Positions 39,067-47,957 of a stretch of 64,000 bases of DNA are shown here, in pieces. This DNA comes from an uncultured Poribacteria bacterium (GTDB taxonomy: Bacteria; Poribacteria; WGA-4E; WGA-3G), in assembly GCA_951813565.1 (NCBI GenBank), contig OX638351.1:3584001-3648000 (forward strand). The letters run 5' to 3'. The first letter of the stretch is position 1; every line of letters begins with the position of its first letter. The notes beneath the pieces were generated by a model that searched no databases, had not been told where the DNA came from, and was given only the letters and a program-made list of their open reading frames with translations. The translations under genes and the position numbers were made by a program.

Positions 39067-40716
39067 TTAGAAAACTTCATTATAATTGTCTGGTAAATCA
39101 TTCTCAAAAAGGACTACATCACCCGGTTTCAAATGTTTTGCAAGTTGTTGCTGTGCTTCAGCGAGGTCCTTCGCAACATAAACCTGTTGTTCAGGATAGT
39201 TTGCGGTTTTGAGTCCATCTAAAATCGGAGCAGTTCTTGCCGGACCAACAAGGATAACGAAGTCACATACCTTAGCTGCTTCCGAGCCGAACTGCATGTT
39301 TTCATCGTATTCGCGTTCGCCAAGTTCCACCATACCTGGCGTAACTAAAACCTTTTTCCCATCTTTATCGCTTACAAAATCAGTGAGCACCTCAAGTGCC
39401 GCTTTCGCCCCTTCAGGATTTGCGTTGAAACTGTCGTCAATTACAGTTACACCGGAGCCTCCAGCTATCAGCTGCAAACGGTGTGGAACTGGTTCTAATG
39501 CTTCAAGTGCTTCTCGAATTTCGTTCAATGTCATCCCACATTGCAGTGAGACACCAATAGCAGCGAGGATATTTGAGACATTATGCTTTCCAAGGAGTCG
39601 GGTTGTGATTTCGGTTGTGCCCGCCACCTCGTCAATTACAGCAAAAGTCAGTCCTCTATCACTCTGTTTAATATTGTGTGCTCTCAACCTCAAAGATGAT
39701 GTATTCTCAACTCCATTTGATTCTACACCGTATCGTATAACAGGGACACTATCGGTTTTGTCTGCCAACGCTGCACAAATTTCATTGTCCGTATTAATAA
39801 CTGCAAGACCATTCGGAGGTAACGCTTCGATTAACTCATACTTTGCGCGGGCAGTATTTTCAATACTTTTGAACCGTTCTAAATGTTGGGGACCCACAGC
39901 AGTGAGTATCCCTACTTCCGGTGGCGCAAGATGACATAGTTCGCGAATATCGCCACGTTTATACGCGCCCATTTCAACGATAAAATATTCATGTTTCGGC
40001 AATAAATCTCCTCTGATGACCTTACAAATACCCATCGGCGTATTATAACTATCTGGAGTCATTAACGTGTTATATTTTTTTGATAAAATCTGATGGAGAA
40101 TATATTTGGTGCTTGTTTTTCCGTAGCTTCCAGTAATTCCGATGATTTTTGGCTGAAGGGTTTTGATACGTTTCCGTGCGTCGCGTAAATAGACTCCGTT
40201 TATTAATTGCTCTAATGGCCAAATTAAAAAACTGCTCACTATAAGAATAGGTACCGTGAGTTCACTAAACAGAAATAGGCTTATACGCCATCGGTTTTCT
40301 CCTACAGAAAACACGAGTACTGCCGCAAGGACAGCAAGTAATGCAAGTGCCAATCCAAAAAGTCGTTTTGCGCGGGCAGTATAAACAAGTGGTTTTTTTG
40401 CTGCAGACTTCTTACGCCATACAATCTTATAAACTTGGAACGCTATCCAGATTGAACAAGCAGCGAGAAAAAACCAATTGGTCTGAATATTAGAAAAAAC
40501 AGACGCAATCGTTAGGAAACCCACGATCACAACTACCTCTATGATTTCAAAGCAGTTTTTAATGTGTGTCAAAACCCATTTCAGGTAACGTCCGGGTTTA
40601 TAACCATCAAGTTGTAGTATATGTAGTCCGCGGCTTGTCCGAATAACAGCTCTAATAAAACAAGCGACAATAAGAATATAAAAAAGGACTATGCTAACCA
40701 TTTCTAACATGTTCAT
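39067..40716 (-). CDS. murF: MurF ligase with an N-terminal multi-pass membrane domain
   Basis: ITGSYGKTSTK, VEMGA, HLERF, DDSFNANP and TPGMVELG. The first ~170 aa are hydrophobic. Confidence 0.9.
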   Translation of the reverse strand: MNMLEMVSIVLFYILIVACFIRAVIRTSRGLHILQLDGYKPGRYLKWVLTHIKNCFEIIEVVVIVGFLTIASVFSNIQTNWFFLAACSIWIAFQVYKIVWRKKSAAKKPLVYTARAKRLFGLALALLAVLAAVLVFSVGENRWRISLFLFSELTVPILIVSSFLIWPLEQLINGVYLRDARKRIKTLQPKIIGITGSYGKTSTKYILHQILSKKYNTLMTPDSYNTPMGICKVIRGDLLPKHEYFIVEMGAYKRGDIRELCHLAPPEVGILTAVGPQHLERFKSIENTARAKYELIEALPPNGLAVINTDNEICAALADKTDSVPVIRYGVESNGVENTSSLRLRAHNIKQSDRGLTFAVIDEVAGTTEITTRLLGKHNVSNILAAIGVSLQCGMTLNEIREALEALEPVPHRLQLIAGGSGVTVIDDSFNANPEGAKAALEVLTDFVSDKDGKKVLVTPGMVELGEREYDENMQFGSEAAKVCDFVILVGPARTAPILDGLKTANYPEQQVYVAKDLAEAQQQLAKHLKPGDVVLFENDLPDNYNEVF

Positions 40717-40933
40717 AATCTCTCATAAATCATTTATTTATACAGCGGATAGTAAATAGCAAAAACGCAATGAATCTTGCTGCTACGAAATACTTTTAGC
40801 AGCGACATTATTCATTGCGCCATCACATGCAATTTAGATTGAACAACTACGGGTGTGTAAATATTTGGTTACATAGGTTCAATTTGCAATGATTACGCGG
40901 CGTTTTCCACTGTAGAGCGGGGTCCCTGTGCCT

Positions 40934-41204
40934 CATAGCCGTCAATTTAAGGATATACCCTCTTGTGGGAGTGAATCAACGCAGCATGCGCGTCCGGCAT
41001 GCTGCCAAATCAACGCCAAATGCGCTTTTTGGCATTTGTCCAAATCAACGCAGCATGCGCGTCCGGCATGCTGCCAAATCAACGCCAAATGCGCTTTTTG
41101 GCATTTGTCGGGTTTTCAACCCCGATAAATACATATAAATCGGGCTTATAAAGCCCTCCCACAAGAGGCAATCTGGTAATTGTGTGCTTAAATTGACGCC
41201 TATG
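40934..41204. mobile_element. IS4 (IS231-like ends) MITE nested in a REP
   Basis: TIR CATAG(C/G)CGTCAATTTAAG, flanked by a duplicated GCGGGGTCCCTGTGCC. Confidence 0.7.
40972..41109 (+). repeat. Head-to-tail array of four CAAATCAAC-hairpin micro-units (69-bp period)
   Basis: Units at 40972-41005, 41006-41040, 41041-41074 and 41075-41109, in the order A-B-A-B. Confidence 0.85.
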
Positions 41205-41260
41205 GGCGGGGTCCCTGTGCCCCGCCACTACGCAGGACGTGCCATGCAACGGGCAGGCAC

Positions 41261-41390
41261 CAAATCAAGAAATCAACGGTATGAACCATGGCGAATGCCA
41301 TACGGGGAATGCCAGCAGGCATTCATACCGTTGATTTGGCGCATTCGTCTTTAGTCATTCACCGGGTCCGAATGCCTTTTGGCATTCCCC
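41261..41390 (+). repeat. 95-bp CAAATCAAG...GGCATTCCCC micro-element carrying a 35-bp inverted insert
   Basis: Matches 47451-47545 once 41304-41338 is removed. Confidence 0.85.
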
Positions 41391-41522
41391 GGAGACCCGC
41401 CCCTACAATAGGAGTTGTGCGGATTTCTACAAAAACTTTACACACCCAACAACTACAGAATCTGATATTCCGTTCTCAGTCAGATTATTTTTTTGGCAAA
41501 ACTTGCCATCGGTTCCAGTTGT

Positions 41523-42269
41523 TCATGCTAAAAAGTTACCCACAATTTCACAAAACTGCGGCAATTGGTCAAGGTATGAGAAATGTCCAGCATCCTTGAG
41601 AATCACTAGTCCAGCGTCAGGTATCTCTTCCTCCATTATTCTCCCATACGATATAGGTGTATCTGTATCGTTCTCTCCCCAGATCAATAGCGTAGAAGCC
41701 TGAATCTTCGGTAATAGTGGACGCAAATTTTGATTTACGGATTTCACCATCGTTGCCCTCATCGGCCCTGCTTCCCTATAATCTTTTGAACCTACCCGCT
41801 GCGCTATACCGTCTGCCAGTCTGTCACCGAGTGTTCCACAATGTCGCATCAAATGTCCGATCTTCGCGAGACTAATCCGCATATAGTATTTCGCAGTTCG
41901 GGGTGGGATAATGCCAGCACTATCCACTAAAATCAGTTTATCTACCTTTTCCGGTTCTTCGGCTGCCATTACTATAGAGATTCTTCCTCCATAAGAGTGT
42001 CCAATCAGGTGTGCTTTGTTAATGTTGCGTTCGTAAAAAAAAGCAGAGACAAATTTAGCGTAATCTGAGGCATCCCACGCAGTCGGTGGTATCTCGCTTA
42101 GCCCGAATCCTGGAAGATCAAGTGCATAGACTTGGTGAGAACGTGATAGCTTATCAAAGACAGGTCTAAAACTATTTGCTTCACCACCCCATCCGTGTAG
42201 GAGAACAACGGGAGTGCCGGTTCCTTCAACCTGATAGGCAATTTTTAGATTATCTATTTCTGTGAACAT
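41523..42269 (-). CDS. Alpha/beta hydrolase within the dcw cluster
   Basis: LHGWG, DLPGFG.S, nucleophile GHSYGG, WGEND and AGHF. Confidence 0.92.
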   Translation of the reverse strand: MFTEIDNLKIAYQVEGTGTPVVLLHGWGGEANSFRPVFDKLSRSHQVYALDLPGFGLSEIPPTAWDASDYAKFVSAFFYERNINKAHLIGHSYGGRISIVMAAEEPEKVDKLILVDSAGIIPPRTAKYYMRISLAKIGHLMRHCGTLGDRLADGIAQRVGSKDYREAGPMRATMVKSVNQNLRPLLPKIQASTLLIWGENDTDTPISYGRIMEEEIPDAGLVILKDAGHFSYLDQLPQFCEIVGNFLA

Positions 42270-42287
42270 TTCAATTCGTGAATTCGT

Positions 42288-43856
42288 CTACCGGACAACT
42301 GGCTGCTGTGACTGGACAAGTAACTGTTGTAATATTTTCGAGGCAACTTCGCGATCATCAAACGGAAATCTTTCACCGCGAATTTCTTGATAATTTTCAT
42401 GCCCTTTACCGGCAATCACGACGACATCACCTGGATGTGCATCCATGATAGCATGCCGAATTGCTTCACGTCGCTCCGGAATACACAAATATGCTGCATC
42501 ATGTGGTAAATTTGACACAATTTCTGAGATGATTTCATCGGGACTTTCCGTACGTGGATTGTCAGATGTAATTACGCTCACATCAGCAAGTTGAGTGGAA
42601 ATCGCACCCATTTTTGGACGTTTACCCCTATCACGGTCACCTCCACAACCAAACACAGAAATTAGTCGCCCTTCCGCGACCCCTCGAGCTGCAGTTAGGA
42701 CATTTTCCAGACCATCAGGGGTGTGGGCATAATCAACAATGACAGCAAAATCCTCATCTTGTTCAGATGGTGGATTAACTCGTTCAAAACGCCCAGGAAC
42801 AACAGTCGTAGCAAGTCCCTTGCGAATAGCTGCAGCACTGCACTTATAGCGGAGTCCTACCCCAATTGCAGCAAGAGCGTTGTAAACATTATATGCCCCT
42901 AACAAGTGGATTTTTGCCTCAATCTCCTGAAATAATGGTGTTGAAGTGTTGATGTTGCTATTACCTTTCGCCACTGTTGTAAAGGCTAACTGTTTTAGTG
43001 AAATTTCTACGTCTTGTGCCTTCAAATCTGCTTCTTTTTTAATTCCGTATGTTAGTATGTTTCCGTGGGACGCGATATGCTTAACGATGCAAGCCGTAGT
43101 TGGAGAATCTGCGTTCAATATCGCCACTCCTTGCGGACTCAACTGTTCAAATAGCATCAATTTCGCAGCAAGATAATTCTCCATCGTGCCGTGGTAGTCC
43201 AGATGGTCCTGTGTCAAATTGGTAAAAACAGCGGTATCGTAGGTGAGGCCAGTCAGTCGGTGTTGTGCCAGTCCTTGGGAAGAGGTTTCCATGATGACAT
43301 GTTCTATTCCTGCGTCAGCGATTTGCTTTAACATAGCATGGAGTTCAAACGCGTCAGGGGTCGTTAGAAGTGCGGGAATCTCAATTTTTGATGGACAGTT
43401 TCCGTTTGAGGTTGGATCTTTCGCATCAAATGTATGTCCCACTGTTCCTAAAACAGCGGTCTTCAACCCTTGCGCCTTCAGAATTCCATCTGTCAAATGT
43501 GCAGTAGATGTTTTGCCATTTGTGCCGGTAATACCAGTTAATTTCAGTCGTTTCGCTGGGTTACCGTGCCAATTGGCAGCACTTAAGGCTTGTGCTTTTC
43601 GTCCGTTAGAGGTGATTACGCCAGTTACATCATTGGGTAATTCAGATGTTCGTTTTTCTGAGATAATTGCTATTGCGCCGTTTTGGATAGCACCATCAAT
43701 AAAAGAGTGTCCATCAACGTTCAGTCCTTGGTAACAAACGAAGGCATACCCTGGCTTGACTTTTCGGTGGTCACTGACAACACCCTTAATTTCGGGATTT
43801 CGATCACCCGTGACTTCGGTGATTTCGATTCCATCCAGAAGGTTTTGGAGTCTCAT
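42288..43856 (-). CDS. murE: MurE ligase (meso-DAP type)
   Basis: ITGTNGKTST, FTNLTQDHLDYH, VDYAHTPD, SDNPR and AGKGHE. Confidence 0.97.
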   Translation of the reverse strand: MRLQNLLDGIEITEVTGDRNPEIKGVVSDHRKVKPGYAFVCYQGLNVDGHSFIDGAIQNGAIAIISEKRTSELPNDVTGVITSNGRKAQALSAANWHGNPAKRLKLTGITGTNGKTSTAHLTDGILKAQGLKTAVLGTVGHTFDAKDPTSNGNCPSKIEIPALLTTPDAFELHAMLKQIADAGIEHVIMETSSQGLAQHRLTGLTYDTAVFTNLTQDHLDYHGTMENYLAAKLMLFEQLSPQGVAILNADSPTTACIVKHIASHGNILTYGIKKEADLKAQDVEISLKQLAFTTVAKGNSNINTSTPLFQEIEAKIHLLGAYNVYNALAAIGVGLRYKCSAAAIRKGLATTVVPGRFERVNPPSEQDEDFAVIVDYAHTPDGLENVLTAARGVAEGRLISVFGCGGDRDRGKRPKMGAISTQLADVSVITSDNPRTESPDEIISEIVSNLPHDAAYLCIPERREAIRHAIMDAHPGDVVVIAGKGHENYQEIRGERFPFDDREVASKILQQLLVQSQQPVVR

Positions 43857-45835
43857 AACCCCTCTCCCTTCCTTACTAAAGTGTCGTCAGAAATTGGTGT
43901 GTGTTTAATTAGCGAATGACCCGTTTTGCCTGTCTTCCCTTTTTTGGGGAGAGAAGTATTAATTTTATTGGGCGGTTGATTTGATAACTGTGTGTTAGCA
44001 ATCCGCGTAACCGTTCCGTTTCCGTCGACATATTTATGGTCAGAAGTACTTTTCCGCTTTGGTGTTGAGTCGAAAAAATGTGTTTGCTCAATATGTTTAA
44101 GAGTTTGCTTGGCAATCCGTTTGAAAATAGGCGCTACGATCCGACCACTAAATCTTTCACCGGTGGGTTCATCCAATGTGACAATAATGGCAATTTTAGG
44201 TGCGTCAGCGGGAAGAAATCCCATAAAGGACATGACCTCTTTACCTGCAGCATAGCCCTTGCCTTTTTCAGCTTTCTGCGCTGTTCCGGTTTTGCCAGCG
44301 ATACTAATACCTTCTATTTTGGCTTTCATGCCACTTCCTTTTTCAACCACACCGACAAGAATATCTGTCATCTGCTTGGCAATTTCCGGACGCAAAACCC
44401 GTCTTATCTTAGCAGGACGGTTCTTTTTAATTAGGTTTCCTTGCGCATCTCGGATTTCTTTAGTGATATAAGGTCGGTGTAAGATACCTCCATTGGCAAT
44501 GACAGCCAAAGCGTTAACCATCTGTAACGGTGTAACAGAGATGCCCTGCCCAAATGGTACAGCACCAAGAGAGTTCGTGTCCCACCGCCTCAGTGCGTAT
44601 AAGTTACCACGCTGTTCATACGGCAGATCAATACCAGTCTTTTCTCCAAAGCCGTATCTATCTACATACGTTTCAAAAAGCTCAGGTCCTAACTCCTGAA
44701 CAATTTTTATCATTCCGATATTGCTTGATTTTTGTATAACTTGTTCAAGTGATAACCATCCTTTTCCTGAGACATCTTTTATAACGCGTCGCTTACCAAT
44801 GCGGTAACGTCCATTATGACAAAAGACCGTTGATTCAGGTGTCATAATGCTTTCATTTAGAACTGCGGAAGAGGCAATAATTTTGAAGATAGACCCCGGT
44901 TCAAACAGGTACCAAATGCCAAGGTTACGTTTTGCTTCTTCATCAGCGTTTGTTTGGCAATTAATATCGTAAGTCGGATAACTTGCCATCGCCAATATTT
45001 CTGAAGTTTCTACTGCAAGGACAATGGCAGTACCTTTCGGAGCGTTCCAATCTTTACATCCTTCCGCCAGTTCCTTTTCGACAATGTCTTGAATCACTTG
45101 ATCAAGGGTTAGAACTACGTTACATCCACTGTTTCCAAGTGTTTCGGTAGTAGATTGTGTTTGAAGACCGGCAGATGTTAACGCCGCGCTCCTCTGATAT
45201 TGCGGTGAATGTAGTTTTTCAAGGTACGTGTTATACTGATACTCAATTCCTTCGCCCGCATTTAAATCGTTAAGGTAGCCGATGACCTGTGCTGCAAGAG
45301 TCTTCTTCGGATAGACCCGGTTCGGTTCAACCTCAACTTTAAGTCCTCTATGTTTTTTAGTGATGTCTCGAATAGCATCTAACTTGTCATAGTCCACACT
45401 TTTTTTAAGATAGACAAATTCAACGTACTCTCCATTTCGCTTCCGTTTTAGCTGCGCTAATAGTTCCGAATTGGTGGTATTCAATAACGGGGCTAATTCG
45501 GCCGCAACGATGTGCGCATTAGATTTCCTGTTGAAGGTTTTGGGATCTGCGCAAACTGCAAGCTGGTCTTGGCTAATCGCTAACACGCTTCCGTAACGAT
45601 CAAGAATCTTACCACGTTTGACCTCGTGCTTTGATCGAGAACGCCAATCCTTTCGGGACTTCATCGGGGTATCCTCGTTCGGATATTGAAGCAGGAAAAG
45701 TTTGGCTATCAATACCAAGAAGCCTAACTGTAAAACTATTAGGGTGAAAACAAGTCTGCGAATTGAGAGATAACTGTTATTTTTCATAATCCCATTGTGC
45801 CTTTCTGGAATACTATGGCAAGATGCATTATTCAC
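43853..45835 (-). CDS. ftsI: Class B PBP (FtsI/PBP3-like)
   Basis: N-terminal TM segment, RGKILDR, EPGSIFK (SxxK), SSN and KTGTAQ. Confidence 0.93.
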   Translation of the reverse strand: MNNASCHSIPERHNGIMKNNSYLSIRRLVFTLIVLQLGFLVLIAKLFLLQYPNEDTPMKSRKDWRSRSKHEVKRGKILDRYGSVLAISQDQLAVCADPKTFNRKSNAHIVAAELAPLLNTTNSELLAQLKRKRNGEYVEFVYLKKSVDYDKLDAIRDITKKHRGLKVEVEPNRVYPKKTLAAQVIGYLNDLNAGEGIEYQYNTYLEKLHSPQYQRSAALTSAGLQTQSTTETLGNSGCNVVLTLDQVIQDIVEKELAEGCKDWNAPKGTAIVLAVETSEILAMASYPTYDINCQTNADEEAKRNLGIWYLFEPGSIFKIIASSAVLNESIMTPESTVFCHNGRYRIGKRRVIKDVSGKGWLSLEQVIQKSSNIGMIKIVQELGPELFETYVDRYGFGEKTGIDLPYEQRGNLYALRRWDTNSLGAVPFGQGISVTPLQMVNALAVIANGGILHRPYITKEIRDAQGNLIKKNRPAKIRRVLRPEIAKQMTDILVGVVEKGSGMKAKIEGISIAGKTGTAQKAEKGKGYAAGKEVMSFMGFLPADAPKIAIIVTLDEPTGERFSGRIVAPIFKRIAKQTLKHIEQTHFFDSTPKRKSTSDHKYVDGNGTVTRIANTQLSNQPPNKINTSLPKKGKTGKTGHSLIKHTPISDDTLVRKGEGL

Positions 45836-45902
45836 ATCAAATTAACTACACACCGTTAGAACAGATTACACGATTCTATTCCGGACTGTTTACCTACTCA
45901 CA

Positions 45903-46199
45903 CTACCTTTCCCAGATATCTATTGATTTTGTTGTAGGTTCAACTAATCCTAATTCCTTAATGAGCGAACGGACCCTTTCAACATCAGTTAATGCGCTTT
46001 CTTCTAATTCAAGTTTAAGAATTTCGTTCTGAATTTTCTCCGCCTGTCCCCTAAAGAGAGGTTTATGTCGTAAGTGAACGTTTTTCGCATAAGACGAAAA
46101 CCAAACGCTTGCAGCAAAAACACATAAAGATAATGCTAAAACAAAATATACAAAAAACATTGCAACTTTAGGCTTCGATTCCGATTTTTGTCTAAACAT
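45903..46199 (-). CDS. ftsL: FtsL-like bitopic coiled-coil protein
   Basis: 98 aa with one TM segment and a leucine-zipper-like LKLELEESAL..ERV..ELGL. Located between rsmH and ftsI. Confidence 0.65.
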   Translation of the reverse strand: MFRQKSESKPKVAMFFVYFVLALSLCVFAASVWFSSYAKNVHLRHKPLFRGQAEKIQNEILKLELEESALTDVERVRSLIKELGLVEPTTKSIDIWER

Positions 46200-46293
46200 T
46201 GTTAAGTAAGTACTTCTTGAGATTCCGCATTTTATAGTATACGATAGATTTCAAATTTTAGATACAATTTTTTCTAAGTATTAGCTGAATCGT

Positions 46294-47262
46294 TTACACT
46301 CTGATTGCCACCCGTAATTTTGCACTGCGCGCACGCGGATTTGCTGCAATTTCGCTTGCCGATGGTAAAACAGGCCTGTTTGTTACAACCTGTAAGACTT
46401 GTTGATGTTCACAGATACAGATAGGGGTTTTCGGCGGGCAAATACAAGTTTTTGCCAACTGCCGAAATTGTCTTTTTACTATCCGATCTTCAAGTGAGTG
46501 AAAACTTATAACGCAGAGACATCCACCTGGTTTCAAGACAGAGACAGCAGCGTCTAATCCAAGTGCGAGATTGTCAAGTTCGGCGTTGACCTCAATTCGC
46601 AATGCCTGAAAAACGCGGGTGGAAGGGTGAATCTCTCTCCTCTTTTGTCTGTTCTGCGCGGAGGCTTTTGAACGCTTAGCTTTGATAGAATAGGCATTCT
46701 CAACGATTTCGGAAAGTTGGAATGTTGTCGTTATCGGTTTTTTCGCTCGTGCCGCCACAATGTTTTGAGCGATCCGTTTCGCATAACGTTCTTCACCGTA
46801 TTCTTTGAATATCTTAATCAATTTGTCGGGTGTACTGTCGTTGACAATATGTGTCGCTGACGTAGGCATTTTCACATCCATACGCATATCCAAGGGGCCT
46901 GAATATTGAAAACTAAATCCTCTATTAGATGTATCCAGTTGTAATGAGGACACTCCAAGGTCCAACAATACACCGTCTACTTGATGGATACCATCCGTTT
47001 CCAATATCTCCTGAAGTTGGACAAAATTCCCATGGTTCAGGCTGAGCCTTTCTTTGAACGCTTGTAACCTTTTGTTGGCTATAGCAAGCGCATCTGCATC
47101 CATGTCAATCCCGATGAGCTGACCGGTTGGGTGAGATTTTTTTAAAATCCAAAGACTATGCCCACCTAATCCAATTGTGGCATCTACATAAATTCCTCCC
47201 GATTTCGGTTTGAGAAAATCGAGTACTTCATTACGTAAAACTGGAATATGCGTTTCCGACAT
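46294..47262 (-). CDS. rsmH: 16S rRNA m4C1402 methyltransferase
   Basis: HIPVL, DATIGLGGHS, DLGVSS.QLD, RVFQALRIEVN and NPRARSAKLR. ATG 47262 follows AGAGGT. Confidence 0.97.
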   Translation of the reverse strand: MSETHIPVLRNEVLDFLKPKSGGIYVDATIGLGGHSLWILKKSHPTGQLIGIDMDADALAIANKRLQAFKERLSLNHGNFVQLQEILETDGIHQVDGVLLDLGVSSLQLDTSNRGFSFQYSGPLDMRMDVKMPTSATHIVNDSTPDKLIKIFKEYGEERYAKRIAQNIVAARAKKPITTTFQLSEIVENAYSIKAKRSKASAQNRQKRREIHPSTRVFQALRIEVNAELDNLALGLDAAVSVLKPGGCLCVISFHSLEDRIVKRQFRQLAKTCICPPKTPICICEHQQVLQVVTNRPVLPSASEIAANPRARSAKLRVAIRV

Positions 47263-47289
47263 AAGTGTTACCTCTTTTATGTTAGATTC

Positions 47290-47307
47290 TAGCAAGAATT
47301 GTGCCAA
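47290..47307 (-). promoter_or_regulatory. Sigma54 -24/-12 promoter upstream of rsmH
   Basis: Minus strand TTGGCACAATTCTTGCTA (GG-N10-GC), about 28 nt upstream of the rsmH ATG. Confidence 0.7.
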
Positions 47308-47334
47308 TTTTTAAGGTAATTTTAAATTAAATCT

Positions 47335-47584
47335 ACAGTCTATCTCATAAATCGTTAAATACGTTTCCTTACACAGGTTCTACATTCATCGTAGGGGCGG
47401 GTCCCTGTGCCCGCCCATTGTTTACACTTATGAGAGAGATGGCGAGGCACCAAATCAAGAAATCAACGGTATGAATCATGGCGAATGCCATATGCGCATT
47501 CGTCTTTAGTCATTCACCGGGTCCGAATGCCTTATGGCATTCCCCGGGACCTCGCCCTACAAATGATTTATGAGATACGCTCTA
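47335..47584. mobile_element. MITE containing an inverted REP pair and a micro-element
   Basis: TIR core TATCTCATAAATC (47341-47353 and 47565-47577). REPs GTAGGGGCGGGTCCCTGTGCCCGCCC and GGCGAGGCAC..GGGACCTCGCCCTAC. Confidence 0.75.
47451..47545 (+). repeat. 95-bp micro-element in a REP loop
   Basis: Second copy of the 41261 element, without the nested insert. Confidence 0.85.
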
Positions 47585-47957
47585 AAAATAATTTTGACAC
47601 AGGGTATGTAAAGTTTTTGTCAAGTTAACAACAAAAAGTGAGCTTTGGGTTTCGCTCTACCCTACGATAGAAACTTATGAGTAACACGCATCAACTGATA
47701 ATTCTTAAAACTAAACAACCGTGCTCTCGTCTTAAGGATAGTCACGACCTTCAGTTAAAGCCATGTTTTACTAAAGAAAATTGCCCGCTATATTCATAAC
47801 AATTGGTATCTAACCCTATTTTTGTTGCCATTTGTTTATGTTTTTTGTTGCCATTTGTTTAAAAGTTACGTTACAATTAATCATTTATGAGGAAAGTTTA
47901 TTCCTGCATCGCTTTTATACTAATTCTTGTCATTCAACTCTATTCTCGTGATTTTAA

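Larger units (their letters stand above)
40851..41447. mobile_element. IS256-like composite MITE
   Basis: TIR GGGTGTGTAAA / TTTACACACCC with 9-bp TSD AACAACTAC (40842-40850 and 41448-41456). Confidence 0.85.

Noticed and set aside
40972..41109. Possible mini-CRISPR array (CAAATCAACG repeats with ~25-nt spacers)
   Set aside because: The repeat is only about 10 bp, the spacers are palindromic and duplicated, no cas genes are present, and the same units occur singly elsewhere.
40928..41599. Short ORFs in repeat regions (also 19927-20118, 20143-20352, 58918-59205)
   Set aside because: They are translations of REP/MITE sequence, and the peptide repeats only mirror the DNA repeats.
47263..47307. 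Upstream TTG start for rsmH given in the ORF track
   Set aside because: It overlaps the sigma54 box. ATG 47262 has an SD and matches the usual RsmH N-terminus.
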